In this document: piece after piece, positions 9,976 to 23,986 of the stretch | How positions within the stretch are numbered: the stretch's first letter is position 1 | Layout of the letters: every line of letters begins with the position of its first letter | Virus record (IMG/VR): IMGVR_UViG_3300031992_000033 | Span: 32,001 to 96,000 of that record | Length of the DNA stretch: 64,000 nt | Source of the DNA: a virus | Lineage: Duplodnaviria > Caudoviricetes | Reading direction: 5' to 3' (one strand) | Made by a program: the position numbers and the translations under genes | Notes under the pieces: model-generated | What the model was told of the DNA's origin: nothing | Database searches by the model: none | The model's input: only the letters and a program-made list of their open reading frames with translations

Positions 9976-11504
9976 AACCTCCCCTTCTTATCAATTATAA
10001 ATGCTACAGTTATAAATATTATTGCCAAAGACTGGAGCAGATCTATCATAGAATTTGCTGTCATTTTTATCCTCCTATTGCCATTGTTCTTAAATAATGT
10101 ATTTCATCTAATGCACTTGCTATTTCGTCTTTATGCTTCTTTTCTAACTCTCTAATGTCAATGGTTATTCCATGAACCAGCCGCAATCTAGATGTGTGTA
10201 TTTGACTTAACACATCCGTTAATACGCTTTTTGATAAACTTGCCCACACTAGTTTATCTCCCGCCATCAACTTCCAGTAAGTATGTCCCCATATTCCCCT
10301 ATCTGGAATAATAACTAGATCCACATCGTCAGGTATTGCCGCCTCTTTTGTATTTTTAAAATGAACATAAAACATATTCTACTTATCTTCCCTCCACTCG
10401 AAGTATTTACATCTATTCCAATAGTTACATTCTTTATCAAAACGTGGACTATTGTCGTTTCTACAATAGCCGTTAGAATAGATGCTTGTTGGTTTTATCC
10501 AATGCTTGCAGTGCTCACATTTGATGTTTGACTTCTTTGTCTTGTCTACAGGACGCTTATTCATTCCTCCTCCTCGATCTTAACATATCCATACATCTCA
10601 GGGTTTCGTTTAAATGTTGCGCTAGTGACAGATAAAACAGATAAATATGCAAGCAATAAAATTATAACGACAATCATACCAGCGATACAGCCGCCTTCGA
10701 AACCAAACATCGGATCGTTAGCATTTAATGCCCCGATAATCAGAACAAATGCCGTGACAATTATTAACAATACAATGAACACACCAAAAATTGTAAATCC
10801 CGTCATATTATTTTTCCTCCGTTCCTATTATGGCATCAATAATTGCCAAACAATCCTCATACTCAGAAACATTCCTGTCATCATACTCGGACATTTTCCT
10901 TTCTATTGCCTCCTCGATCCTGTCAATCTTTTCTTCCCAATCTTTACAGGCTTGTTCATATCCACTATCATAGCCCGCCATAAATGCGGCGCGTGAATCT
11001 TTTTTAATCATTATTTATCCTCACTTTCCGTATTTGCTTCTATGATTGTATCAGCGCTTTTTAAACAACCTATTGCAAAGTCATCCCATTCATCAGTCCA
11101 TTCACCAAATTCTTTTATTGTAGCATCTGCGTCAATTAATCTTCCATGTCCTTTTGGAAGTAGAGTGCCCGCTTCAATAGCATTTACTGTACAGAAACTT
11201 GTTTTGCCTGTATGTAAGATATTCTGATATTCATCTTCAGGTATTCTAATTACTAATTCTATATTTGCCATATCTACTTCCTACTTATTTCTGATCATTT
11301 GTTTCTCTCTTAAGCCAGCGCTCAACGCATCTAGCAGCGGTATAATCCAACGGATAAAGCCCAGTCATAAAGTACAGCCACTCAGCATTATCACAGTTTC
11401 TGCGCCACTTCTTAGCCTGTCTCTTATTCATATGCTTTGGTCTTCTCATTTAATGTCTCCTTATATTTAAAATGGTGAGTCAGAACCATTTCCAACTCAC
11501 CAGT

Positions 11505-11533
11505 ATAATATCATGTTTTAAATGATTTGTCAA
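11505..11533 (-). promoter_or_regulatory. sigma-A promoter
   Basis: TTGACA-17-TATTAT with extended TG. Confidence 0.75.
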
Positions 11534-13402
11534 TATTTTTATTCTTTTGCGGTTTCGATAATAGTAACTGATCCTTCCCAGACTCCGAAAACAGTATCCG
11601 CTTTGAATACATGTGTCTCAGGCTCTTCATCGTCTCGCATTGGACGGGTAAGATACCAGAGATCATCTTCTTTCCACGTAATCTCTTCGAGTTTTTCTCC
11701 CGCCTCAAGGACAATTTCCATATCTCCGCCGTAATTTCTAGCCCTATTCTGGGAACTACTACATCTTGCAAAGGCTACTATTATTATAACTACAATAGCA
11801 ATTATAGTCAGTGTTCCCATAAAGTTATCAACACTTCCTCTGTTGTTCATGATTCCCTCCTTATAACTTCTAGAAGTACATCACATTCCTCTTCGGTAAT
11901 TCTACTTGAATCGATAACTACTTCGTTCAGGTCAATGTATTTAAGCGACTCTACATAGTCGCGATCATGAAACCAGTTTGTCCAAGGACTTTCAAGGTAA
12001 TGCTTTTCGTGATACACTTTCTTGTTCCATTCGGCAACATCCTTAATCACATCTGATCTGGACACGCTTTCATATTCAGAGTTAATTACTTCGATTCTTT
12101 TTAGAAGAGATTCATACTGGATTTGTGCCTCGTTAATTGAGACCTTATCATTAATATGAACAACACAGATTTCAAGAACGCAAACGCAAATGATACAGGC
12201 AAGAACAACACTCATTAGAGTATAAGCAAAATTAATTAAGTCTAGATTTATCACAAAAGTTATTTTGCCTATCTTAATATCGATATCTCTGTAACAATAA
12301 GATTGCTGTAATCTTATTGCCGTTCTTATTGATACTACAGTACAAAGTATAAATGCCGCAAACAAGAGTAGAATTATTATCATCTATTTCCTTCCTCCTT
12401 ATTGACCTTCTCTCTTCTTGCCTTTAGTAGAGATCCGTCCGAAAGTTTAACCTTAGCGTCGCCACAATAAATCTTAGCCCAGTTAATATGTTTCCTGTAA
12501 TGATACTTCTCAGGTTCATCAGTATCTATTGCCGACTTAAACACGCAATCTACAAGTATGCCCGAGGGCGTGTCGCCCAGATATGTACAATACAGAACCC
12601 TTCGTGCGCCGTAATAAGGCTCTTCAAATAGGTTTCTACTAAGCCTTACTCTTTCTCCAATCTCAAGTCCACTCTTCATCCAACCTCTACTCATTTGTTT
12701 TGCTCTCCTTTACCACAGAATAGTTACACATCCATTAATATTTGAAAACCTAACATCATAGCCAATCGATCTTAGATATTGTACAATATCTGCCATATAC
12801 TCCAATTCGTTGCCTGAAAATTCATACCTTATATGGAAACAACCATCCATTGCATTTTTGGCAATTTTTTCAGAAATTGCCGATATATAGGGTTCAACCT
12901 TATGAAACAGTTGTTGTTTGGCTATAGAACTAGCCTCATTTGCAGTCAGCATAATCCCTCTCTTTCTGCCAGATGCTTGGCTCTCATATCTAATGCGCAC
13001 TTAAGGCATTGCTCATAAGTCTTATTTCTTTCGCACACCTTTATTCTCAGGGTCGTAATTGCTCTGTATGTGGTAGGGATTTTGTTCTCAATAATACCAT
13101 CTTCCATTATGTCTGGATATTCTATCTTATATCTTTCACTACCTAACAATGATCCGTCTGGGGTAAATTCAAACTCCCAATAATACTGTGTATTTTTCTC
13201 TAGGGTTTCAAGATCCTCAATGGTGATCGTATCTATCTCCCACGTTTCAACGCAAGGAGTACACCATCGTGTTGTGTGCAATTCTGCATATTTGTGAGCC
13301 ATATTTACGTCGCTAAAAATTGCATCGATTTGGTAGTTAGAATATTCACCGCTTGTTACTAGATATATCTTTTGCATGTCTGCCCTCCTTTATTGTAAGG
13401 CA

Positions 13403-13431
13403 ACTATATCACATATATCACGATTTGTCAA
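13403..13431 (-). promoter_or_regulatory. sigma-A promoter
   Basis: TTGACA-17-TATAGT with extended TG. Confidence 0.75.
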
Positions 13432-14242
13432 GCGTTTCTCTTACATATATTTCTAGGCAGTTATTTTCCTTGTCTATATAGATACTATCATAATTGGCGT
13501 CCTTATATAAATACATTTCTGCAATATACCATGGCACGTCGAGGACACTTCCAAAATATATTTCCTCCTCTTCTCCATAATGTTCGGAGGTTTCTAAATA
13601 TGCATCCATCTGGAATATCCTAACATTTGTTAAAAAATCGATGTACCCTATAATCTCTCTAAGTTTCATTCTGTCTCCTTCTCTGCCTTACGACAATGCT
13701 CTATTACGTCATGTGCCCATGTTGTGTAATAAAATGGGCACTCGGTTTTTACACAGTCACCAAACTCGGTTATATCTTTTGCAAAGTTTTTCACATAGCC
13801 CTCAGTATATTCGGGCTTATGAATTACTCTTGTCTGATACGGACATTTCATTCAGATCTACCTCCTATCTCTTCTATTAAATTCACGTATTGTTTCTTTA
13901 CCAATCACCGCTTTGTTGCCACATTTAGGACACACTTTATATTTTACATTATATTCAACATCTGCAATCTCATCGTTGTCACCATAACCACAATCGCTAT
14001 ACACAACGACTCCATAGTTGATTTCTTTATTAATCTCTTCTTTCCAAGCGTTCCTAAGATAGTATTTATTACATTTACTACAAAAATAATACTTTTTATA
14101 TAATCTAGATCTATATTCATTACGTAATTCCAACAGTGCTGATTCCGCCCTATCAATTTCATCAAAAACTTTATCATTATCTACAGGAAAATTTTCAAAT
14201 AAAGGTTTAAATAGTTTCTTATATTCTTTTTTATTCATAATA

Positions 14243-14593
14243 CTATATCTCCTCACTCTCTACCTTGTAGGGTTTAGGTGCGGGCATCCACGCTATAACC
14301 TCATAAGGACATATATTCCCGTCCCCATCATTCCACGTTTCTCCGTCATAGCCGACGGGATAGTGTAATATATTTTCAAATTCTTCCTGTGTTAAAATGT
14401 TTGTGTCCCAAACTGTAACCAAACACGCATAAGGTTCTTTGGGTAATTCTCCCGATGATACGGGTGTCCACTCTCTATTATTCTCTTCGAGTAAGGATAT
14501 AGCCATGTCGCAAAATTCTGGTAACTTGTCGAAGTCTATTGTATAGTTATTCTTTAAGGCGTTGGCAAAGTTAACATACTCTTCTCTCGTCAT
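14243..14593 (-). CDS. DUF551-like protein
   Basis: WTPVSSGELP...VIAWMPAPKPY. Confidence 0.75.
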   Translation of the reverse strand: MTREEYVNFANALKNNYTIDFDKLPEFCDMAISLLEENNREWTPVSSGELPKEPYACLVTVWDTNILTQEEFENILHYPVGYDGETWNDGDGNICPYEVIAWMPAPKPYKVESEEI

Positions 14594-15003
14594 TCGCTCA
14601 CCCCTCTCATATCCGATCCGCAGTTAGGGCAAAAGTTCTTATACTTCGAGAAGTTAAAGATTCCGCAGTTAGAACAAAGTTTTCTGCCACCTTTAAACTC
14701 TGCTTTCCACTCTCCCTTGTTCTCGGATAAAGCCGATATAGCCATATCAAGAGCATATTGAAATTCGATGTCCTCATTACTTCCGATAAGGTCAAATCCT
14801 TTTAATTTTTTGACTGCTTCTTCTTTGGTCATTCTCCGCTCCTTATCTAATACATTAATAAATACATAGCCTTTTTCAGACGTTACGTTCTCACTTCCTT
14901 TTTCAACCCACTCGATAACCTTGTTATGATATGGGTCAAATATCTGCACAATATTATCTTCGGGCATATCATTTAATGCTTCTTTAAGTTCCTTTACTGT
15001 CAT
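14590..15003 (-). CDS. zinc-ribbon protein, probably two fused modules
   Basis: CSNC..FCPNCGSDMR; internal RBS and MTKEEA start at about 14832. Confidence 0.7.
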   Translation of the reverse strand: MTVKELKEALNDMPEDNIVQIFDPYHNKVIEWVEKGSENVTSEKGYVFINVLDKERRMTKEEAVKKLKGFDLIGSNEDIEFQYALDMAISALSENKGEWKAEFKGGRKLCSNCGIFNFSKYKNFCPNCGSDMRGVSE

Positions 15004-15383
15004 TCATTCACCTCATATTCATCTACTGTTGTGTATATAAATACTCTTGTCGGCATGTGTGATGTGTCTACTTCAATTCTGGCGTCATATCCGTTATCTA
15101 CAAGTGCTCTGAATACATTCATTCTGTCCGAGTGATCCTTAATTTCAAACCTTACTATCTTCATTTCTTCATCGCCTCTCTCAAATCTCTTAACTCTTTC
15201 AGCCAATTTCCTAACTGCTCGGCTACTTCTGCTCTTTCTCTCCACTTGGTTTCCTCTGCCAGATAAACACCCTCGTCTGTGTGGTGAATTGCAGCCATAG
15301 AGTATGCGTGCTCCGCTTTGCTTTCATATATAGTTATTGTTTCATTAAGGTCTAGGATCATTTCATTCACCCCTTCTACTCGC

Positions 15384-15665
15384 TCATGTATTTCTCATAT
15401 CAGCCCCACAATTAGGACAGAAATTATATCCGTTATCATACGGAGTTCCCTCGATTAAGTTAAATTCTTCGCCACAATAAGAGCACTCATAGACATTCCA
15501 TTCCTCATGTTCAGGATAAATCTTAATCCAACGTGCGTGAATATTTGCTCTCACATCAGCAGTTGGTGCTTCATTAACAATTTGATGAAACAATTTTTGA
15601 ATATAAGGAGATATGAGTCCAAACTTATATCCACTTAATTCTGTTGCGTCTATATATCTACTCAT
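15384..15665 (-). CDS. zinc-ribbon protein
   Basis: CSYC..NFCPNCGADMR. Confidence 0.75.
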   Translation of the reverse strand: MSRYIDATELSGYKFGLISPYIQKLFHQIVNEAPTADVRANIHARWIKIYPEHEEWNVYECSYCGEEFNLIEGTPYDNGYNFCPNCGADMRNT

Positions 15666-16391
15666 TTTTTACTCCATAGATTTCTTAAAAGTCTCAAACG
15701 ATTCGGCTATTGACTTTTTAGTGTCCTTTGTCCCCTCCTCATAGCCTAACTTGTACGCATTCTGGATTGCGTCAGTATCGGTTAAGACATTAATAAGTTC
15801 GTTTAATTCTTCCATAGTAAGCATTATATTTGCAAGTATAAATTTTCCCTCGCAAAAAGTTCTATGCTCACGCAAATGTTTCAACGCACATTCTCGCATA
15901 TACATATGCCGATCAAACACAATCTTGCTCTCGTCTCTCATACCACTCCCATTTGCCATTCACCTATTTCTCTTAATTCTGCTCTAGCATCTGCCAAATC
16001 CTCTTTAAGTCCTCTTAAAACATCTTCGGCATTTTCTAACTTGATCCGCAAAGTTTTATTCTCTGCTTCAAGTGCGGCTATGTCAACAGAAGGTAAATCG
16101 TCAACATCCTGTGGAAATATAACCACAACGTCTCCACACGATTGATACATCTTTTGTGCTAAATTAAGCACGTCCTCTTTCTTGATATATTCACTCATTC
16201 ACTCGTCTCCCCTTTTATAAGATTCGGATTCAGCATCAAGTTCTAATGACTGATTGGCAAGTTTTTTACCAGCCACTCGATCTTTCTTATGGTACATTGC
16301 ATAGCGTTTTAAACGAAAGAGTGATCCTTTTTCTCCGCCTCTATCAAGAGCAGTGTGTGAACATTTCTTTTTCTTATTAAGACTGGTCATA

Positions 16392-16652
16392 TTAAACACC
16401 CCTCATATCCGCACCACACGAACAACAAAAATTTTCTTTGCGTAACTCTGCTCTGCCGCATTCCGAGCAAATATATGGTGGGTCAATGAACTGATTTTCG
16501 GGTGCGTTTTTTATCCATTCCCCTTTCGGTCTTTCCTCAGTCGTTGGTATTCGGTCAATTTCTCTTTCGGCTATTTCATAAACTCGGCTTTTGTCCGTAG
16601 AGTAACAATCTCTCAATCGGCGTTTTAATACAAATTTTTCTGCTTTTGTCAT
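16392..16652 (-). CDS. zinc-ribbon protein
   Basis: GEW..CSEC..NFCCSCGADMR; likely start ATG 16652. Confidence 0.7.
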   Translation of the reverse strand: MTKAEKFVLKRRLRDCYSTDKSRVYEIAEREIDRIPTTEERPKGEWIKNAPENQFIDPPYICSECGRAELRKENFCCSCGADMRGV

Positions 16653-19116
16653 TCCACACCGCCTTTCTCTCCTTCGGGTAAATCCCAAAAATACGGCGTT
16701 TCGTGGGATAGTGAGCATATATACATCGGGTCTTTGCTCTTAAAAAGGCATTTATCACACTTTTTCCCGTCACAATATTCCTTTATTGCCCTTGCACAGT
16801 CCATAATGTCTGCGGAAGGCTTTTCATATACTATGTTATACGCACCCAATAAGCCATTAACTGAGTCGGGATTTCTCTGTACGCTTGGTTCTTTTGCCAA
16901 CTTAAGAATATCGTCTATTACTTCTTCTCTGCTGATTAAGTCCATTTACTTACCACCTTTCCACCATTCATCAAAAGATTCCGCACAAGCCTTGCATAAA
17001 GTGCTGGGTTCATAACGACCACGATCAGTGTTCCATATTGTAAGTAAATTTCTGCTTTTAAATCTTTTTATTAGCAAATCAAATTTGGAATGGTGAAAAC
17101 TATCTGTTTCTTTCCCGCATCTGTCGCAGTAATACTTTTCGACAATTCTAACCATTTACTTATCCTCCTCTGTTTTGTAAGGTGATATCTCATTTTCCTC
17201 TAATAGTTCAGGTAGTTTATCTAGTTCTACCTCTGTGATATCAAATTGACTATCAAAATAAATTGCTTGCTTTACGGCGCGAGCGCACCAGTCTTCTGCG
17301 GCTTCTTTTGAGAGGTTGCATCCGATTATTTCTGTGACCAGTGGGTCATTCTCGAAAGAAGTGTGTATTTCAAATATACGAGTTATTATGTATGCTTTCA
17401 TTAACGTTTCTCCTGTTTTATATCAGATCAAAGAGTCTTTGATTTCTTTAATTCTATTTTCAAGCATTGTGATCTCTTCCAATTTCTCCTCACGACTTTT
17501 CATTTCTCGATATGCACGACAATTTTCGAGGGCTTCGGATATCCAAGAGTTGTCTGGACGATAAAATAATTCCATGGGGATTGATATGCTGCTAATTATA
17601 TGAGTAAAAACAAGATTGTCGTTGTAAACACATACATCGACAAAATCAATAGAATCTAGAAAATTTCTAATTGTTGTATGTGATACTTCTATTCCCAGAA
17701 ATTCACATATACTGGATTCATCATATTCAAATATATATTTAAATTTTTCGTTATACGAATCAATAATAGACTGAAGTAAATGCTCTGCCAAACTGATTAC
17801 ATGCTTCTTATATTCCATATTTTCAGCACGCAAATCGCTAATTGATTCTTCAAACTCGTCTATCTTATTATGTATTTCTTTTGATGATATAATAAATTTC
17901 TGGATCACATCGCTTTCCATTAAAAGAATCCTCCCCACTTAAGAAGTGCTACCTGAATAATAATTGAAACAGTAGTAGCAATCCAATTTGTTTTCTGAGG
18001 TTTGCCATCATTGTAAAGTGCTGATACAAAACCTATTGTAAGTAAAACAATCATAATTACCTGAGGTGCGCCATAATTCATATATTAATCCTCCTTATTC
18101 CAGTGTCGCCATAAACCACATACCAATCAAAAATCCTATCATAATTCCCGCTATAAATACTATGATCATGTCCATTTCTTTAACCTCTCAATTATTTCAT
18201 CCGCAGTTAAACAGCCAGCCACTACATCCGATTCTCTTTCTTTGTCGGTCATAATATTTCCAGCAATTTCTAACAGTCCACGTTCGTATCCATAACTGCC
18301 GTATTGACAGATCGCGTCCCAAAGACACTCCCCGTTCGAATTAAACACAGCAACAGAGTGTCTTCCATAAGGGTGATACTCGTCATATGTGTGTACGATA
18401 TAGTTATTGTCCTGTAAATACTTAGTTAACTTTTTGAGTTCGTCAAGATTTTCCACGCACTATTCCTCCTTTTAAAAGTATATTGGTCTAGGCTGATCGC
18501 ACTCTTCGTATCTAGCATATCCTACTAAACCTTTTGTTGAACTCAGAGTGTTAACCCATTCAATAAAATGATCAATTTCATTGTCGTAGTTTTTAATATT
18601 GAAGCGAACAGAAAGTTGATATGCATTAGAAGGTTCATCACTATATTCACTGTCGATAAAATATAGATGTTCTAGCGTACTATGTGGTTCAAAATCAAAA
18701 TAAGCAGATCCGCCCCTGAGCATTCCCGCCCACCTAGTAGTACGGAATAAAGCGAACTCCTTCTGTTTAGAATTCAACATTTCGTAATCAGCAATGCCGT
18801 GACACATCGCGTCCAGAACGGCAATATCATCTTTATCAGCCTTATCAATAATACAACTTAGATAGCACATTGTGTACATTCCCATAAACTATTCCTCCCT
18901 TTGCAATTAACATACACTATTTAATCAAATTTGTCAATACCCTTGTCTGCACCTTTATATTCCTCATTCCACCAAGTTTCACAGTGGCAACCACCATCCA
19001 ACTCCTCATAATAAGGACATTGTGATCCATCATGATCTTCAGGACAATTTAAAATGCCGAACTCTGTGTCTGGTTTGAATCCAAATATGCTTTCAAATTT
19101 TTCCAAATTAGTCATA

Positions 19117-19809
19117 TCATTGTCCTCTAAATGATGTTTTTGTATCAAATCCATGCATAATTATCTTATCATCATTGGTCGCACCCAGTGGTTCTGTTCG
19201 CTCTGCCTCGGTCTTAAGCAACGAGAAGTGTTCCTCGATAGCAACAAAAATCTCCAAGGGATCGATTATACTGGATATGCCGCAAGCCTTAAGAAGTGGA
19301 GGCTGATACTCCTTGACATACTTCTTTGTGGTATAGTCCCACGTTCTGCAATATTCATCACATATTCTGGCACAACCATAATCATTAACTCGGATTGTCT
19401 CCTTGATCTTGTCCATGTGCTTAACAGCAATCTCTTCGATAACTCCATGTGTATATATGCTGTCATATATCTTCCACACAGGAACTGTGATAGCATAAAG
19501 GGAGATTAACTCTCTCTCCTTAGAATAATCTGACCACTTACTTAAAACCTTGAGGTCATAGTTCTTGGGTATCTCATGTGTCGCCCAACGCCCCTTTTCC
19601 TTTTCGGTGATCGTGGCTAAAATAAGCCAGTATGTTGCGCCGCAATGTAACAAGAGTAGATACTTGTCAGTTCTGTCGTTATAAAGTGACAGCGCATGAC
19701 ACACATCTTCCTTGGTTAATACATGCGAACCTCTGCGATCAAACACTATAGGATCTGTATAGTTCTGTAAATAATCGTAGTAGTCGTACTGGCTATCAAT
19801 TATTCTCAT
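19117..19809 (-). CDS. phage hypothetical protein
   Basis: 230-aa ORF, MRIID..DYYDY start and HGFDTKTSFR end. Confidence 0.65.
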   Translation of the reverse strand: MRIIDSQYDYYDYLQNYTDPIVFDRRGSHVLTKEDVCHALSLYNDRTDKYLLLLHCGATYWLILATITEKEKGRWATHEIPKNYDLKVLSKWSDYSKERELISLYAITVPVWKIYDSIYTHGVIEEIAVKHMDKIKETIRVNDYGCARICDEYCRTWDYTTKKYVKEYQPPLLKACGISSIIDPLEIFVAIEEHFSLLKTEAERTEPLGATNDDKIIMHGFDTKTSFRGQ

Positions 19810-21608
19810 GATGCTTATCTGCCTCCACTGCTTATCTCTTTAAAATCTCTCGTGCAATTTCAATAACAATTTTCTTAAACCACTCGAACTGCATAAAGAA
19901 TTTGTAGGTAATCTTGTGAGTAACAATGAATTTAACTACTTTGAATTTTACCCTAAATGCCATATATTTGTCAACCTCCATTTTAAATATTTAAACGGAT
20001 GCCCTTTGAATATTACTTTCCTTACAAACTTATTATTAAGTTTACAATTAGATAGAACGGCGTGGAATGTTACACTATTAGTAAGAAATCTCTTTGTGTC
20101 GCCAACAGAAGACTCAGGCTCTTTAATTTCTGTAATGTTGCCCAGAGAATGAACTTCTCCTGTTTCACTATTTATAAAAGTTAGAACAAGTGGTTCTGTT
20201 GGTTTAAAATTCATCGTTGTTTCTCCCTTCTGTTATTATTCCCAACTCACAATAAGTCCCACGCAGTCGCTGGTTACTATATATCCCTTTTTTCTACAAG
20301 CCTTGGTGATCATCTTTGACATTGCCTCACCATAATTCCCGTAGATTCTTATCGCACTATCTCCTTCTTTGCTCGCGCTTTCTATCCTATCAGAAATTCT
20401 TGCTAGTACATCATCAATTTGATTATTACAGTAAGTCATTACGTTTTTTCTTGCCTCCGCTGCCGTTATCATATCAGTCCTCCTCTATAAATAAAACTGT
20501 TATCTCTTTTCTATTACTGCTTGACGGATTTGCAACAAGTGTTCTTCCCGATATCTTCTGTGCGTAATCCCTTACAGCATCTTCAAAGGTTCTTCCATTG
20601 CCAAACTCGCCTATTAAAAAACCGCCATCCTTTATGTATGCGAAGTTTTCAAAACATACTCCTATCTTATTATCTGGCAGTTCCCAAACTTCCAAGCGAT
20701 CAATCTTTAGCATATCTTTTAAAAGTTTCATTTCGCCAATCCTCCACTAATTCTACCTGAGCATCGTTAACTGCTATCCAGTCATCTGGATCTCCGTCGA
20801 TGGGTTCAATTGACATTACGTAATGTTTAGATCCGTCATCGAATACAAGATAAGGTTCTGGGGAACACAGGATAACTTTATACAACTCGCCTCCGCACCT
20901 AACAGTGTGTCCCACCCAAGGATTGAACATTCCAGAAGTCAGTTCATCCAACTTCATTACCGCTATTATGCTCACAACTTCGTCATGTAATTCAGAAGCC
21001 ATTGATAGTATTTCCCATTTACTGTCAATGTAACGTTGGATTTCTTCTTCCACTTCTTTAAAATTGTCTAGTAGTGAAAAAGTTTTAGTATATATCTTTA
21101 TCATCTTTTCCATATTTCCTTTCCGCAACAAGGACATACGCATATATAAGTTCCTTCACCCCTTTGCATAGCCATTGAGGGTGCGTATCTCCACTCAGTA
21201 TGATCAGCCACAAATACACAGCCGCACTTGTCGCATTCAAATTCTACGCCACCATTAGCCTTGTTCGGATCGCCTAGTTTAATTATCTTCATTATGATAC
21301 CTCCCTTAGCAACGCAGTCCGTTGCTGTCGTATTTATCTACCTCGTATTCACTAAATTGTATTTCGTTTTTATGTTTGTCGTAAAATATTTCAGGATCAA
21401 CAGGAATAACTTTTGCATGAGGATTTAAGTCGTACATTATTCCAGTCGATAATTTGGTTGCAAAGTCTCCCCAATGATCGGGGCTACAGATTTTGTGGGT
21501 TTTTATGTATAGTTCATTGTTGTATTCAAAATACTCGCCCACTTTAATATCTTCAAAACGCTGGGATTCGTATTCGATTTTTAATACACGTTCAGAAATC
21601 CTCATATA

Positions 21609-21884
21609 TTATTCACTCCTTCCGTTTATTACACACTCAATGTCGGTTAGTGCCAGTATGCAATATCCCTCGGCTACTCCGTATTCACCATTGCCGTGAT
21701 GGATATAATCGATCTTGGCTTCAATATAGTTTCCTGTGTAACGACTCTGGTATGGATTCCATTCTTTGAGAATCAACTTATCTCCGACGTGGAAGTCTCT
21801 ATCATCCTTCCTTATCTCAAAGTTCTTGCCCTCAAACATGATATCCATAAAATAATCATGAAGTATTTTAAGTTCGTGCGTCAT
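21609..21884 (-). CDS. ASCH/DUF3850 domain protein
   Basis: HELKI..KNFEIRKDDRDFHVGDKLILKEW..YTG. Confidence 0.88.
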   Translation of the reverse strand: MTHELKILHDYFMDIMFEGKNFEIRKDDRDFHVGDKLILKEWNPYQSRYTGNYIEAKIDYIHHGNGEYGVAEGYCILALTDIECVINGRSE

Positions 21885-22185
21885 TCCTCTTCTCCTTTGT
21901 TTGCCTCATGTCCGCTCCACAATTAGGGCAAAAGTTGTAAAACACAGGCGTATAATCGTCGTTTAACTTCTGTTTAATTTCTTCATCGCAGTTTGAACAA
22001 ATAGCCCACAGTTCATCAATGTCGGTATGTGAGACGAACCATTCTCCTTTATCCTCTACGGGTGGAATAGAATCGATGCACTTTGTTAATTCTTCCCAGT
22101 CCTTAGCCGATAACCAAAAACAAGTATTTGCTATTGCATTTATAACTGCCTGTCTACAGATTAAATCCCCTCTATTCTCTTCCAT
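21868..22185 (-). CDS. zinc-ribbon protein
   Basis: DLICRQAV..KGEW..CSNC..NFCPNCGADMR. Confidence 0.75.
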   Translation of the reverse strand: MEENRGDLICRQAVINAIANTCFWLSAKDWEELTKCIDSIPPVEDKGEWFVSHTDIDELWAICSNCDEEIKQKLNDDYTPVFYNFCPNCGADMRQTKEKRNDART

Positions 22186-22315
22186 TGTTACTCCTTATCT
22201 TTATTTGCCTTACACTCTGGGTCATTTAAGAACAGTATTTCTTTGCCGCATTCTTTTTCATGATTGTATATGCACTCTGTGTGATTGCAAGTAATGATTA
22301 GGTTTACATCTTGGC

Positions 22316-22630
22316 TCATTCGTTTACCTCACTTCCTTCATAGGGTTTAGGCAAAGGCATCCATGCCGTAACTGTGTTATCTTCTGTGTAATGTTCCAAT
22401 CTAAGAAATTTTCCTTCGACAAATGCAGCCTGATGCGTTCTCATAATCCCCGCATATTTATGAGTTACAAGTACATGGCATAAACCATGTCCTTTTGTCT
22501 TTGTTTCTTCGGGTAGTTTCCCCGACGAGATGGGTATCCAGTCTTCCTTAAGTACTTTAAAGGCTTCTTCGGTTTCATCGCAATGCTGGCAACGATCATA
22601 TATAATTTGCAATGCTTCTTCTTTAGTCAT
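22316..22630 (-). CDS. DUF551-like protein
   Basis: WIPISSGKLP..VTAWMPLPKPY. Confidence 0.75.
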   Translation of the reverse strand: MTKEEALQIIYDRCQHCDETEEAFKVLKEDWIPISSGKLPEETKTKGHGLCHVLVTHKYAGIMRTHQAAFVEGKFLRLEHYTEDNTVTAWMPLPKPYEGSEVNE

Positions 22631-23432
22631 TTCTTATCCTCTCCGCATGTGTCATATATAATGATGAACGCTTGGTCTGACCATCCGTGTCCGCCATTAG
22701 GGACTTTTGTTTCTATGACATTTAAGACCTTATATCCCCACTTTTTCTGTACTACTTCCAACATCTTTTCAAGTTCTTCTGAAACGGGTCTTTCGAGGAA
22801 TATCTGCCTTACTGTTTCTGATCCGATCATTTACTTACCCTCCTTATTCAGAATCCATTTCCTTCAAGATCTTGCTCTTAAGATGCTCCATGTTTCTTTT
22901 CTTCTTCTGCAACTCAGCAATTTCCTTGTCTATGCTATTAGTGGACAGAAGTTTTATCAGATATTTCTTCCAACTTCTTTTTGGACAGTGATATATTTCA
23001 CACGCTCCCTCGTTATCAAAACCCAACAGATGTTGAGTTGCATAATGGGGACTAATATCTTCTACTGTATATTTACCTGATTCGTACAAAGACACACGCA
23101 CCATTTCACGACTCATTTACTCTGCCTCCTTAACACTAGATGTATAAGTCCGTTCGAGATATGCGTTTATATAGAAGACCACATCCTTAAGCCATCCTCT
23201 GTCGGGACATTCTCTGATTACGGCATCGGCTACAGTAAAGGGCGTTGCTCCGTTTCCTAGTATCAGTTTGTTTTCTACAATAATATTTTCCATTTCATTC
23301 CTCACTTTCTGCCTTATAAGCCTATAAAGTAACCCAAAATACAAGTGAAAAAGACTCCGATAAAGAAACCAATTAAACACCATATCTGCCTTACAAAGTT
23401 TAAATCATCTTTTTTCATCTTTTATCTCACTT

Positions 23433-23986
23433 TCTGCTGATTAAATCACTCATTCGGATTTACCTCTCTTTTGTAAAAAGAATCCCACCACTCTTTATGA
23501 CTATCCTTTTTATGCCCTAACAGTTCCTCGGTAGTCCAACCTTTAAATGCATCTTTCGGCATCTCAGTCACTCCTTCAAACATATGAGTCAAATCGTATG
23601 AGTATGCTTCCTTATAAGGCTCGGGTTCAAAGTACGGCATATATGCTATGATAGAATCTCCATCATCCAAAGCCCAACCTTCCTCATCATCCCAATGTTC
23701 GTGATATGTATCCCACCCAATATGGGATATCGCACGATCTCCATTCTTATACTTGAATGTTACCCAATATGCTCCATTCTTGGGTATCTCATCAATGCTT
23801 GAGATTGGTATCCATTCCTCTTTGTTCTCTGCGGACGGCAACTCATAGATAGCCTTATATAAGTCTTTGCCGAAATACTTCATTTGGAGCAATTCAAGAA
23901 CCGCCTGTCTGCTGATCAAATCACTCATTTTGCTTTACCTCTCCTTTGTAAAAAGAATCCCACCACTCTTTATGACTATCCTTTTT
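23433..23986. repeat. 79-bp direct repeat (23433-23511 and 23908-23986)
   Basis: Manual alignment gives 74/79 identity. Confidence 0.95.
23446..23928 (-). CDS. DUF551-like protein
   Basis: MSDLISRQAV..WIPISS..IIAYMP. Confidence 0.7.
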   Translation of the reverse strand: MSDLISRQAVLELLQMKYFGKDLYKAIYELPSAENKEEWIPISSIDEIPKNGAYWVTFKYKNGDRAISHIGWDTYHEHWDDEEGWALDDGDSIIAYMPYFEPEPYKEAYSYDLTHMFEGVTEMPKDAFKGWTTEELLGHKKDSHKEWWDSFYKREVNPNE

